Virus record (IMG/VR): IMGVR_UViG_2885633469_000002
Coordinates: 82,103 to 146,102 of that record
Length of the DNA stretch: 64,000 nucleotides
Strand: one strand, 5' to 3'
Source of the DNA: a virus
Taxonomy: Duplodnaviria > Caudoviricetes
How positions within the stretch are numbered: position 1 is the stretch's first letter; each line of letters opens with the position of its first letter. This document shows positions 1-9,885 of this stretch, piece by piece. A program made the translations under genes and the position numbers. The notes under the pieces were generated by a model. That model saw nothing but the letters and a program-made list of their open reading frames with translations, was not told the origin of the DNA and did not search any database.

Positions 1-1818
1 TCCATTTTTATTTGCTTTTTTTAATAATGTTTTATTTATCTTTTTCTTTTCTGCTGATTTTTGTTCGCATATGATAGGTAATGTTTCTCTTGTGTTTGTT
101 ATTAATATTTCATTATCTGTAGTAATATTAGCGTCCCCGTCAAAATCCTCTCCATTCATAGTTTCAGCAGTACAATCCCAAGCATTAATTATTAAACAAG
201 TTTTCATAAATCTATACCATTTTCTTGTATCTTCATTTTCAATTAAAGGCATTACCTTTATATTGTTATGTAATGTCATAGGAGCTCTATATGCTACAAT
301 CTTATTTACATCTCTATCCAACCACGTTCTTGAATAAAATTCATTAGCTTTTAGTATCCCTGTAATCTTCATACCATACATATACTGACATAACGCATAC
401 AAATCCCCACTTACTATTTCATATGACCCTTGTACTTCTATTACTCCTTTTTTAGAATCATTTATTTTTTTTCTAATCATTCTATATACTTTTTGCTGTA
501 TAAAAGGGTCTTTTTTCATTCTTTTATCTATCATTAATGCTTTTAGATAATCATAATCTTCTTTTAAAAAATCTTCTTTCGTTAGTTTACAACCTTTCAA
601 AAATAAAATCATTTTTAAATAATCTTCTGATAAAGCACCTTTTATTGAATCTACTGTTGGTTGTACTAAATCTTTGATCTCATTATCAGTTAGTTTGTAT
701 GATTCTAAAAATTGATAATTCATATTTCTTGTTTTTTCTAAATATTCAGGTAGTATTTTAGCTACACAAAATTCAAAATCATTTTCCTTGCAACATTCAA
801 GATAATGATCTATAGAATCATAAGCTTTCCAAAGTTTTAACATATTTGTTGTTAATATTATATCTACTTTTCTTATGTCTATCATATTGCCCCAAGCATC
901 TTCTACCATGTAGTTATGTGCTACATCCTCCGCAAACTCTAGAAACGGAAAAGTAAACAACATACCTTTACAAAAGGCATTACGAATATTAAAACCACTA
1001 GGAGTATAAGTTGCTTCTTTTTCTTTTTTATCATTATATTTATAGCAACCCATATCAATCGCCCATTGCTTACTCAATTCTTCACTTATCATTCCACAAC
1101 CATCAGTAAATTGCCTATTAATTTTATAATTTTCTCTCTTGTTTAAGTCAAATCCTCCTTTTTCATTGTCAGATAATAACAACACATCCCTTTCTATTTC
1201 ATGTTCCCCATCTTTTATAACTAACACTCCCTTTGGTTGTGTTACTGGTGTAGAACCACTAAATGCTAATGCCTTATATGCTTCAAATTTTGCAGGTACA
1301 TATTTTATTTTTTCATTTCTTCCATTATTTAACCTTTTATCTAATTCCTTATGTATATCCTCATCACAAAATAAGACTGTATCCTTTTTAACACCACCAC
1401 TTGTACCTATTGTCCTAATTCTATTAGTTTTATTTAATTTAATTCCTTTTTTAGAATTTGCCCTATTCCAATCTGCTATAGATTCAAAAACAATAGAATT
1501 TAATTCTTTAACCAAAATTTTATCTTCTAATTCTTTATATTTTTGTTTAATTTTTTCTATGTTGGTTTTGGTTTTCCCCTTCTTTTTTAATTTTTTAATC
1601 TCTAGTTTTAACCTATCTATTTCTTTTTCATCAACTTCTTGTCCAGTCATTTTTCTTATCATTCTTAAAGCTATACTATCATTAATAGATACTATCTCTT
1701 TATTTTTTTTAGCTGTTTCTACATCTAATTCTAAGTCCCAATTAAAATCTTTAAATCTGCTTGAAGCGTTTTTGTAAATTTGTCTTTGATTTATAATTGC
1801 TTTAGACATATCTTGCAT
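1..1818 (-). CDS. YonO-like single-subunit RNA polymerase (RdRP-like), 3' end outside window
   Basis: Hand translation from ATG 1818 (RBS TAGGAGGG) stays open to base 1: MQDMSKAIINQRQIYK..GTSGGVKK..FTDGCGMIS..IRNAFCKGM..YRAP..NGEDFDGDAN; catalytic DxDGD at about 133-147. Confidence 0.85.
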   Translation of the reverse strand, partial: MQDMSKAIINQRQIYKNASSRFKDFNWDLELDVETAKKNKEIVSINDSIALRMIRKMTGQEVDEKEIDRLKLEIKKLKKKGKTKTNIEKIKQKYKELEDKILVKELNSIVFESIADWNRANSKKGIKLNKTNRIRTIGTSGGVKKDTVLFCDEDIHKELDKRLNNGRNEKIKYVPAKFEAYKALAFSGSTPVTQPKGVLVIKDGEHEIERDVLLLSDNEKGGFDLNKRENYKINRQFTDGCGMISEELSKQWAIDMGCYKYNDKKEKEATYTPSGFNIRNAFCKGMLFTFPFLEFAEDVAHNYMVEDAWGNMIDIRKVDIILTTNMLKLWKAYDSIDHYLECCKENDFEFCVAKILPEYLEKTRNMNYQFLESYKLTDNEIKDLVQPTVDSIKGALSEDYLKMILFLKGCKLTKEDFLKEDYDYLKALMIDKRMKKDPFIQQKVYRMIRKKINDSKKGVIEVQGSYEIVSGDLYALCQYMYGMKITGILKANEFYSRTWLDRDVNKIVAYRAPMTLHNNIKVMPLIENEDTRKWYRFMKTCLIINAWDCTAETMNGEDFDGDANITTDNEILITNTRETLPIICEQKSAEKKKINKTLLKKANKNG

Positions 1819-1849
1819 AATTCCCTCCTAAATTATCTTATTTATATAT

Positions 1850-2803
1850 TTAAACAAAAGGTGCAAAAAATATTTCATTATAAATTATTTGAAATAATGC
1901 TTTATCTTTAAACATTAAAATTCCCCATACAATATCATATAAATGTATTTTTACTCGTCTTAAAGTTTTATCATCGTGAGTATTAAATTTTATATGTATA
2001 TAATTATTTTTAATAACATAGTTCTTAATTATTACTGGTACTTGCACAGATGGATTATGATTTAGACTTTTCATGAACCATAATATGTTTTTAGTTACTT
2101 TTATTAATTCATTATAATAATCTATATTATCAAACATTAATTTTAAAAATTTATCTGAATTAAAATTAATACAAATAAAATCAACTTCTGATTTCCAATT
2201 TAAAAAGTCACTAAATTCCTTATTACTTTTTGCTATATCATTGGCAATCAACTCTGTAAATAAAACTATTTCTTCATTTTGTGTTTTTAATTCAAAACCT
2301 GTTAAATCTTCTGTTTGTATATCAATAGATTTAAAATACTCCTTATTTAATTTTTCGTTATCTTTATATTCAATATAATTTTTATATAACTCTTTTAGTT
2401 CTTTCAAAGTTTTTGTTTTTAAATTTTCAATATCATATTCTTCTTCATTGTCCATATCATCCATTGCACATTTAACATCATGTAAATATTGAAGTTTTCT
2501 AAATAAATCATTCCAACTACCTTCTGGAAACGTTGCTCCTTCTCCTCCGTTTGTTAAATTACATTTACATTGATTAATATTTCTATATTTTTCTATTAAT
2601 TCTATTTCATAATTAAAGGCTTCTTTTTCTGTTAAATTTTCTTTTACTTTTCTTACACTACATTCGTACTTATTATAATAATTTTTAAAATATTGATTTC
2701 TTTTAGTCGTGTTTTTATATCTTTTATTTTTACCTTTTCCTACATAGAATACTTCTTTACTATCCATATTGTACCACTCATAAACATAAAAATTATTATC
2801 CAT
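1850..2803 (-). CDS. GIY-YIG nuclease domain protein (homing endonuclease-like)
   Basis: N-terminal FYVYEW..FYVGKG..R..EAFNYEIELI..NLTNGGEG pattern. Confidence 0.75.
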   Translation of the reverse strand: MDNNFYVYEWYNMDSKEVFYVGKGKNKRYKNTTKRNQYFKNYYNKYECSVRKVKENLTEKEAFNYEIELIEKYRNINQCKCNLTNGGEGATFPEGSWNDLFRKLQYLHDVKCAMDDMDNEEEYDIENLKTKTLKELKELYKNYIEYKDNEKLNKEYFKSIDIQTEDLTGFELKTQNEEIVLFTELIANDIAKSNKEFSDFLNWKSEVDFICINFNSDKFLKLMFDNIDYYNELIKVTKNILWFMKSLNHNPSVQVPVIIKNYVIKNNYIHIKFNTHDDKTLRRVKIHLYDIVWGILMFKDKALFQIIYNEIFFAPFV

Positions 2804-2843
2804 TCAGCCCCTCCTTAATTATTAAATTATTTTATCTTTGTTT

Positions 2844-3002
2844 TTAATCACTAGAAAAAGGTCTATTTCTATCACAAGATATTGAAATTTCATTTTCTTC
2901 AACTTTAATTTTTATATTACTCCAACCTTTGCCTTCTCTAAATATCATCATTTTGTCTAAATCATTCCTATTTACTCTTTCTAAAAAATCTTTTAAAGTC
3001 AT
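2844..3002 (-). CDS. small hypothetical protein (52 aa)
   Basis: Hand translation MTLKDFLERVNRNDLDK..; GAGGAAGG upstream. Confidence 0.55.
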   Translation of the reverse strand: MTLKDFLERVNRNDLDKMMIFREGKGWSNIKIKVEENEISISCDRNRPFSSD

Positions 3003-3267
3003 ATTACATCACTTCCTTCCTCAACGGTACTTTGGTTAAAAAAATGCTTTAAAATGAAATTAAACCATAAAATGAACAACTATAAATAAAAACACTATAT
3101 CTTCATTTAAACCCATTTTTAGTAACCAATTCAAGGCGTTTGTAGAGGTTTTAATATTATATATTTTTGTGATTCTGGGATAGTTTTTGTTTTAAAAAAT
3201 TATATCCGCATTAGTTTAAATAAAATACTTGATTTATTATATTTATTAAATTGTTTTATATTGTAAA

Positions 3268-3453
3268 TTATTTATAAAAAACTTTTAATTCTTCTGCATT
3301 AATGCAATCAATCATAACAACTTCTTTTTCATATAGTTTTAATTTTATTTCTTCTTTTACTTCACTCAAATTATCATAATGATTGTCAAATTCTTGGAAA
3401 CATAATATTACCATTCCCTTATTAATTATATTTAATAAATCTTTTATTTTCAT
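3268..3453 (-). CDS. hypothetical protein
   Basis: ORF co-oriented with neighbours. Confidence 0.55.
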   Translation of the reverse strand: MKIKDLLNIINKGMVILCFQEFDNHYDNLSEVKEEIKLKLYEKEVVMIDCINAEELKVFYK

Positions 3454-3508
3454 TCCTATATGCCTTTCATAATAGGTTTTAAATCGTACAATATATTTGT
3501 ATTATAAA

Positions 3509-4267
3509 CTAACTTGCTAATCTTGAATTGGTAATTTCAACTGCTCTTTCATTAGCATCACATCCTATATAATTCCTTTTACCGTTTTTGGCACTTTCAA
3601 TCATACTTCCACTACCACAGAAAAAATCACCGATTAAATCTTCTTCATTTGTGTATAAATCCCTTATTCTGTCCATTAATTTTAAAGGTTTCTGTGTTGC
3701 ATAATCCAATCTTTCACTTGATGTTCTTCCTACCATTGGTATGTTCCAAATACATCTCATACCCACTAGCGTGTACCATCTTCCACATTTATCTTGATAT
3801 TCTTCCACACCTTTAAACCTATAAGGTTTATAATCTCTGTTGTAGCTTATCTCTGTCATATAATTAAACTTTTGCTTTTTAGGATTTTTAGCATAAATTA
3901 TTATTTCATCATTTTTTTGTGATAATTTATGCTTACTACTTCCACCACTTGAATATTGCCATTGAACCACATTTATACAGTTTTTATATCCAAAGTAAAT
4001 ATCACATATATCCCTAATCCAATGAGATATCCTATAATCCATTTGTAAAGCCAACGTTCCAGTTTCTTTTAAAAGCCTTTGTATTTCCTTTATTCTAGGT
4101 ATATAAAAATTGTATACTTCATCTTTATTATAAGACAAGTCTTTATAATCTTTGAAGTTTCTGCCAGTAGCATATAAAATATCCCCATATATGAGGTCTA
4201 TAGATTCATTAGATAACTGTTTCATGAAATCTAAATTATCCATACAAACTACTTTGTTTATTTCCAT
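3509..4267 (-). CDS. site-specific DNA methyltransferase (N4-C/N6-A, beta-type motif order)
   Basis: DNLDFM..IDLIYGDILY (motif IV variant), YATQKPLKL, DFFCGSGS (SAM-binding motif I). Confidence 0.85.
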   Translation of the reverse strand: MEINKVVCMDNLDFMKQLSNESIDLIYGDILYATGRNFKDYKDLSYNKDEVYNFYIPRIKEIQRLLKETGTLALQMDYRISHWIRDICDIYFGYKNCINVVQWQYSSGGSSKHKLSQKNDEIIIYAKNPKKQKFNYMTEISYNRDYKPYRFKGVEEYQDKCGRWYTLVGMRCIWNIPMVGRTSSERLDYATQKPLKLMDRIRDLYTNEEDLIGDFFCGSGSMIESAKNGKRNYIGCDANERAVEITNSRLAS

Positions 4268-4288
4268 ATAAAATCCCCCTTAATTAAT

Positions 4289-4375
4289 ATTCTGATAGGT
4301 AAGGCTTTGAAGTTATCTCCACCTTTTCCCCCAGTTAACACCGGACATGAGAGTTTCCAACTCATCCGGCGTCCC
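4289..4375 (-). ncRNA. group II intron domains V-VI and 3' splice site
   Basis: Minus strand GACGCCGGATGAGTTGGAAACTCTCATGTCCGGTGTT (D5, CGC triad) then GGGGGAAAAGG..CCTATCAGAAT (D6, AY end), directly after an IEP-type ORF. Confidence 0.8.
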
Positions 4376-4394
4376 ATCAATACTTACTTATTTA

Positions 4395-4809
4395 CTATAT
4401 TTCACAATTTCCAACCATTTTACGAAATCTATTTAACTTACTAATTTGGTCTTTATTAAGCTTAGCTATATTTTTATATTTTTCTATGGTTTCTGTTACT
4501 GTAGCATGTATTAGTTTGTGTATAGTATTACTAACAACTATTAAGTTTTTATATTTATCTGTTCCACCTTTCCCCTTCGGGATTTTATGGTGTATCTCTA
4601 TTTCTCCATGCTCTAGTACTTTGCCTGTTATTCCACATTTCCCATTTTGACTTATATATAGTGAAATTCTATTATCATTAAACTCTGTTGTAGCACCCTT
4701 AACAGGGTTTTCGGTAATATATTTTAGTAATTTCACATTATATTTATTTAAATTTTCATGTATTTTATTTCTGCCTTCCACAGTATAATTATTTACACCC
4801 TTTGGAAAA
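4395..4809 (-). pseudogene. C-terminal DNA-binding/HNH fragment of a group II intron-encoded RT/maturase
   Basis: NYTVEGRNKIH..FNDNRISLY..QNGKCGITG..HHKIP..GGTDKYKNL..H is typical of IEP C-termini; the N-terminus in the ORF track is read from the adjacent IS end. Confidence 0.8.
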
Positions 4810-5042
4810 GTGAACCTCACATGGCTGAAGCCACGTGCTTCCCTCATTACTTTAGGATTTCCTGCTTCCACGACCTCGTAACCTACTATCTCCACAGGCG
4901 TTAATTCCCGTAGTTCCTACGGTACTTTATTTATAGCTTTATATTAGCTAACTTTTTCTAATTAAGTATATTTATTCTAATTTTATATTAACATATGTCG
5001 CCACTAACTCATAACTGAAGTCACGAGTATGCGTGGCGATTC
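4810..5042 (-). mobile_element. 233-bp non-autonomous derivative of the IS605-type element at 31467-33300 (left end + omegaRNA + right end)
   Basis: Same TTGAA|GAATCGCCACGCA left end and GCTTCAGCCATGTGAGGTTCAC right end; keeps the last tnpB codons (LEKVS*). Confidence 0.9.
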
Positions 5043-5393
5043 TTCAATTAAATCTATAATTATTTTTATTTCATCTATTGTATCTGTGTATGTCCACAAT
5101 ACATCATCTAAACATTTATCTCCTACGAATATTCTCCACAGAGAACCTCCTAAATCGTTTTTATATTCTAGTAGACCTTTGCTATTAAATATTTCTTTTC
5201 TGCCATCTAACAGTCTTATATGTACAATTTCACCCAAATTTTGATTTAATATATCTGTTATATAATAATTTTTTAAATCCTCTTTTTTAGATTCTAATAT
5301 TCTGTAATTGCATAGCTTAGAATCTCCTTTAAACTCCCCTATTATTTGTCCTTTAACTTTTAATAAATTTTTCATAATTATATCCCCTTTCAA
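5004..5393 (-). pseudogene. hypothetical gene truncated by the mini-IS
   Basis: C-terminal ESPRILVTSVMS is encoded by the IS left end. Confidence 0.65.
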
Positions 5394-5510
5394 ATTTTAA
5401 AGTTTTGTTTATTAATTGTTTTTAATTTACTTTTGAATGAAATATACCTTTTTTTATTTATCTTTGATTATTGCTATTAAATTTTTGCACTACCTATAAA
5501 ATTTGAATAT

Positions 5511-5852
5511 CTAAGCCTTACTTTTATATTTATTTTTTGGTTTAATATCTTTTCCTTTTATTACTGGTGGAAATATTTTTAATACCTTTTCTAAATCTTT
5601 TTCATGAAATTTTATTTGTGTCTCTAAGCTGGTGTTAAAATAATCTATTATTTTGATTCCTTTTAACTTGTCCATAGTTTTAGTCCTTTGCGTTACAAAC
5701 GGAGTATACAACATCAATATTTCTTCTGTAGCCCTATAAATTTAAATTCCACGATAACATTTAATATATGTATTATCTCCATTATTAATTGCTTTGCTAG
5801 TTTCTACATCTCTTTCACATAGGACTCTGTATTTTCCAATATATTTTTTTAT
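5511..5852 (-). pseudogene. hypothetical gene with ATA start and internal TAA
   Basis: AGGAGGAG RBS, then IKKYIGKYRVLCERD..YRGI*IYRATEE in frame with the 5511-5717 ORF. Confidence 0.55.
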
Positions 5853-5898
5853 ATCAATCTCCTCCTATTTAATCATGTTTTTATTTTACTAAATTATT

Positions 5899-6756
5899 TT
5901 ATATTAAACTTTCTAATTTTTTAGTTAAAAATTTTCTTCTATCTTCATAGTTAAATTCATTTTGTATTTCTATTAAATCTGAATCATACTGTTCTAATAT
6001 ATGTACTAATTCTAACTCTTTTTCACTAAAACTATTTCTAATGGGGAAATGTTTAGCAAAACCTTTTCTTTTTCTATATTCTTTAGCTGACATTCCAATA
6101 ATGACTTCATTTAATAAACAAAACTCAGCTATGAATTGATTATTATGCATATATTGGGGAATTGTTTTTATTACCTCTTTTTTATATTTTATTAAAGCAC
6201 CTTTTAAAGTTTTGCATTTTATAAGAGTATTTTCTCTATCTAAATTCCATTCATATCTATTTTTAAAGGCTTTTTCTATGTATATAAAGTATTTTCTAGC
6301 AATTTTACTTTTTTCTTTTAATTCTTTACCTGTTCGTCCACCTTTTGCTCCTGCAACCATAGATATTTCTTTTGCTATTTCTATAATCATAAAATATTCT
6401 TTATTATAACCTAAAGCTACCATTCTATTGGAATTACTAGCGTCCCCTTTGAAGGTGTCGCTTCCTTTTATCCATTTTATATTATATTCTTCGTCTTCTT
6501 CTAAGTCCAAATCTTCTATCTGTTGTTTTATCCATGTTGTAAAATCTCTACCTACTCCTAACTCATTATGTATAGTTCTTGCATTGATCCAATTTTGATT
6601 TTCTCCTTGTAACACAGGTAATTTTTCTTGATACTCTAAAATCATATTTATCTCTTTATCTTCTAAAGCATATAATTTTAATTCATCTTTGGTTAGTTTA
6701 CCTTTTTTTAAATTTTTGCTTGTTTTTGTTTTTTTCATTCTATCATTTCCTTTCAT
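5899..6756 (-). CDS. AntA/AntB-family antirepressor
   Basis: INARTIHNELGVGRDFTTWIK..AKEISMV..ARKYFI. Confidence 0.8.
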   Translation of the reverse strand: MKGNDRMKKTKTSKNLKKGKLTKDELKLYALEDKEINMILEYQEKLPVLQGENQNWINARTIHNELGVGRDFTTWIKQQIEDLDLEEDEEYNIKWIKGSDTFKGDASNSNRMVALGYNKEYFMIIEIAKEISMVAGAKGGRTGKELKEKSKIARKYFIYIEKAFKNRYEWNLDRENTLIKCKTLKGALIKYKKEVIKTIPQYMHNNQFIAEFCLLNEVIIGMSAKEYRKRKGFAKHFPIRNSFSEKELELVHILEQYDSDLIEIQNEFNYEDRRKFLTKKLESLI

Positions 6757-6927
6757 TCTTAAATTATTTTACGGTACTAATTCTATTATTTAATTCCCTT
6801 ATCGTTGCCACGCTTATATATTATCAAATTGTTTTATATTAGTCAAGCCTTATTATGAAAAACTTTCTATTTTACAATAAAATTGTACATTTATATTCTT
6901 AAATTGTTTTAAATTCACTGTAAGTTA

Positions 6928-7812
6928 TTAAAGTTTATCATATATTTTTTTTATTTGCCTTGCTCCAGTAGTATCTCCTACTTTCTCTAAATGATTAAAT
7001 TTCTGTTTTAAACTTCTTTTTTTATTACTTTTTTTCTTTCCTGAAGTTGTTTGTGATTTTAGATTATTATCTTCTTTAAATCTTTTTGCATATTCTTTTA
7101 AACAATCTCTATCTTCATATCTACAATAGTAATTAACATCTTGTTTTACTTTACCCCTAACAATTCTGTATCCCCCATTAATATAGTCTATTAATTGTAA
7201 TTCTTTTAAAATAGCATTATAAGACATTATTGCTTTTATACCTATTCCCACATCATACTCAATTTTATCAAACGAAGGATAACAAATTTTATTTTCCTTA
7301 TTCATTCTCATAATTAGGTAACAAAAATATCCTATTAATTTAAATTTATCTGTGTTCTTTTTGCCTTTACAATATTCTAATATCTTTCTGATTTCATCGT
7401 CATACACTATAAAAAAACTATTATCAAATACATAATTTAATTGTACATAATATATTTCTCCTTTTTTTAATTTGCTTATGTCTGTAATTTCTTTCTCTAA
7501 ATAAAAATCTTGATAATATTCAAAAATATCCATCTCTTTTAATTCAATTAAACAATTTCTTATTTTTTCTATCATTTTTGTTTGAGTTCTATTTACATAT
7601 AAAATGTCTAACAATTGATTAATTGAAAAACTACAATGATTTCTTATTGTTATAGTTTGTGAAATTAATATGTATATAATCAAAGATTCATTAGATAAAA
7701 TATAATTGTCCTTTGAATTTTTATTATCTAATATCATATAATTAGATATTTGTATAAACCAATCTTTATCCATTAATGCACTCCTCCTTTCTATATTTAT
7801 ATCTTTTAACAT
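6928..7812 (-). CDS. winged-HTH protein, possible phage replication initiator
   Basis: ICYPSFDKIEYDVGIG..LKELQLI (HTH_36-like); direct repeats upstream. Confidence 0.5.
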   Translation of the reverse strand: MLKDINIERRSALMDKDWFIQISNYMILDNKNSKDNYILSNESLIIYILISQTITIRNHCSFSINQLLDILYVNRTQTKMIEKIRNCLIELKEMDIFEYYQDFYLEKEITDISKLKKGEIYYVQLNYVFDNSFFIVYDDEIRKILEYCKGKKNTDKFKLIGYFCYLIMRMNKENKICYPSFDKIEYDVGIGIKAIMSYNAILKELQLIDYINGGYRIVRGKVKQDVNYYCRYEDRDCLKEYAKRFKEDNNLKSQTTSGKKKSNKKRSLKQKFNHLEKVGDTTGARQIKKIYDKL

Positions 7813-7936
7813 TTACACTCTTTCCTTTGTAACTAGGAAAAACATTACATAGATATGTTATACTTATATTGGTAAATAGAATTTTATTTACATCGTAGAG
7901 TCTGAGTAACTAAAATTTGGACACTAAAGAGAGTGA

Positions 7937-7970
7937 AACAATATATACTAATATAACAATATATACTAAT
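7937..7970 (+). repeat. direct repeat AACAATATATACTAAT x2
   Basis: Exact copies at 7937-7952 and 7955-7970. Confidence 0.75.
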
Positions 7971-8268
7971 AAGTTAATAAGATAGACTTATAAAGAAACA
8001 AAACCTTCGTACCTCAGTTTTTGTTTCTTATACTTTATTATTTTTTTATTTTTCGTTTCCTTTATGTTTTTATCTTACCAAATTATTTTATATTAGTCAA
8101 CTATTATTTTTAGATTTTATTAAATTATTTTATATATTTTTAAAACTCTTTCTAAACTATTTTAAAGCATATTATCTTTTGCTAGTCTTATTATACCTAT
8201 TTATTTTTATTCCTCTTTATATCCCCTCTCATAAAGTTCTAAATTTATAATTTTAGGTATAAGGAAGA

Positions 8269-8997
8269 TTATCTTCCAAATAACCTTCCCAAAAATGATT
8301 TTTTCTTTTTTGCTTCCAATTCTTCTTGTTGCTTTTTTCTTTCCTGTAAATTATGTTTTAACATATCAATCATTTCTATATCTCTTGAAGTAGCTTGTCT
8401 CTCTTTATCATCTACATAAGATTTGAATTCTGAAATAGATTGGTCTAACTTTTCAGATATTATCTCATCTACTGTCAATGCTATAGTTTCATTAAGTTTA
8501 TCGTTCATTTCTTGCTTAATTACAATTCCTTTATTTTGTTTTTCATCAATTTTACTTAATAACTCATTTGAAAAACAATTTAATTTCCTATCTATTTCTA
8601 CTGATAAAGCTGAGATTATAGTCTGAATGGCTAATGGATTACTAGAATCTACTACACTTTGTTCTATTTCATTTATATCAAAACCTTTTGAACTACAATA
8701 ATCTGACACTTGTTTCAAAGTTAATCCATCCTCTTTAGTTAATTTTTTTATAAATTTTAATTTTTCTATGTCTATTTTTCTATATCGTTTATTTTCTACA
8801 TCTAATAAATCTTTAAACACTCTAGTCCAATATGTTATTGTTGATTTTGGTAAGCCTACCTTTTGTGCAACCTGAGAAGTTGTGTAAAAAAAAGGTTCCC
8901 CTCTAATAACTTTTGTTTTTGAATCTTTATTTTCTATTTCATCATCTACATCAAAAAATTCAGCATCAACTACTTTATCTTCACTAAAATTTTTCAT
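8269..8997 (-). CDS. tubY: TubY partition regulator (MerR-like HTH, coiled coil, C-terminal amphipathic helix)
   Basis: YTTSQVAQKVGLPKSTITYW HTH; C-terminus KKKSFLGRLFGR; divergent from tubRZ. Confidence 0.75.
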   Translation of the reverse strand: MKNFSEDKVVDAEFFDVDDEIENKDSKTKVIRGEPFFYTTSQVAQKVGLPKSTITYWTRVFKDLLDVENKRYRKIDIEKLKFIKKLTKEDGLTLKQVSDYCSSKGFDINEIEQSVVDSSNPLAIQTIISALSVEIDRKLNCFSNELLSKIDEKQNKGIVIKQEMNDKLNETIALTVDEIISEKLDQSISEFKSYVDDKERQATSRDIEMIDMLKHNLQERKKQQEELEAKKKKSFLGRLFGR

Positions 8998-9079
8998 GGA
9001 AAATCACTCCTTAAAGAAAAGTATAGTTAAAGTATACCATATATAAATAAAAAGATATAGGTTTGTTTTAATCCAATTA

Positions 9080-9510
9080 AACAGAACTTTAACTTTACTT
9101 CACTTATTATTTTAATAGCTTTTACTTAACTTTACTTTAAAATAATAAGTGTATTACATTTATTATTTTTAAATAAAAGATAAATGGTAAAAATATTTTA
9201 ATTCAAAATATAAATCTTAATAACTATTGTTTTAATTATATTTTAATACCATATAAGTTCTATTTAAATACTATTATTGTTCTATTTTAAGTATAATAAA
9301 TATTAGTTATTCTTACATTTCAATTCAATTTAAAGTATTTTATAATTCTATTTATATTCTATATAAGTTCTAAATTATTACCATTTTCATACTAAATAAA
9401 TAATAAATAAATACTATTTTATAACACTATTGCATATACCACTATAATATAGTATTATATTGGTAAGGTTAAATAAGTTCTAAGTTATTTCCAAATAAGT
9501 TACAATTTAA
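9080..9510. promoter_or_regulatory. putative tubC centromere and divergent promoters
   Basis: Repeated ATAAGTTCTA-like units (about 9253, 9363, 9473) and AACTTTA repeats between tubY and tubR. Confidence 0.55.
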
Positions 9511-9594
9511 GCATAAAAGCTTTCTACATTAATCAGCTTTAGTTAAAACTTTATTTTATTTTATTACTTAATTGATTAGAGGTGAGTTATAAAT

Positions 9595-9882
9595 ATGGAC
9601 TCTGTCATATTTACAGAAAACGATTATAGGATATTAAAAGCTATAATTGATAGAAATGACAATAAAAAAGGTTTGTGTAAAGGCAATGGGACTACGATTA
9701 AAGAAATTATAGAAAAAACTTGTTTGTCAGATAAAAAAGTTAGACAAACATTAAAAAGATTTGAAACATTAGAATTTGTAAGTAAAGGATTAAAAATTGT
9801 AAAAGCAGATACTTTTTTACTTACAGAAAAAGGTTTTGAAGAATTAAATAGTTTAAGAGAAAATATTTTTGGGGAGGTATAA
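9595..9882 (+). CDS. tubR: TubR centromere-binding winged-helix protein
   Basis: 95-aa wHTH (TIKEIIEKTCLSDKKVRQTLKRF..LTEKG) immediately upstream of tubulin-like gene. Confidence 0.7.
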   Translation: MDSVIFTENDYRILKAIIDRNDNKKGLCKGNGTTIKEIIEKTCLSDKKVRQTLKRFETLEFVSKGLKIVKADTFLLTEKGFEELNSLRENIFGEV

Positions 9883-9885
9883 TAT

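Noticed and set aside
71-1777. Plus-strand ORFs 71-337 and 1139-1777
   Set aside because: Antisense shadows of the RNA polymerase gene; the same applies to the other F/L/S/I-rich antisense ORFs in the track (e.g. 23514, 35073, 36770, 48067).
4810-4895. N-terminus of the 166-aa HNH ORF as a genuine gene start
   Set aside because: It is read from IS omegaRNA/right-end sequence.
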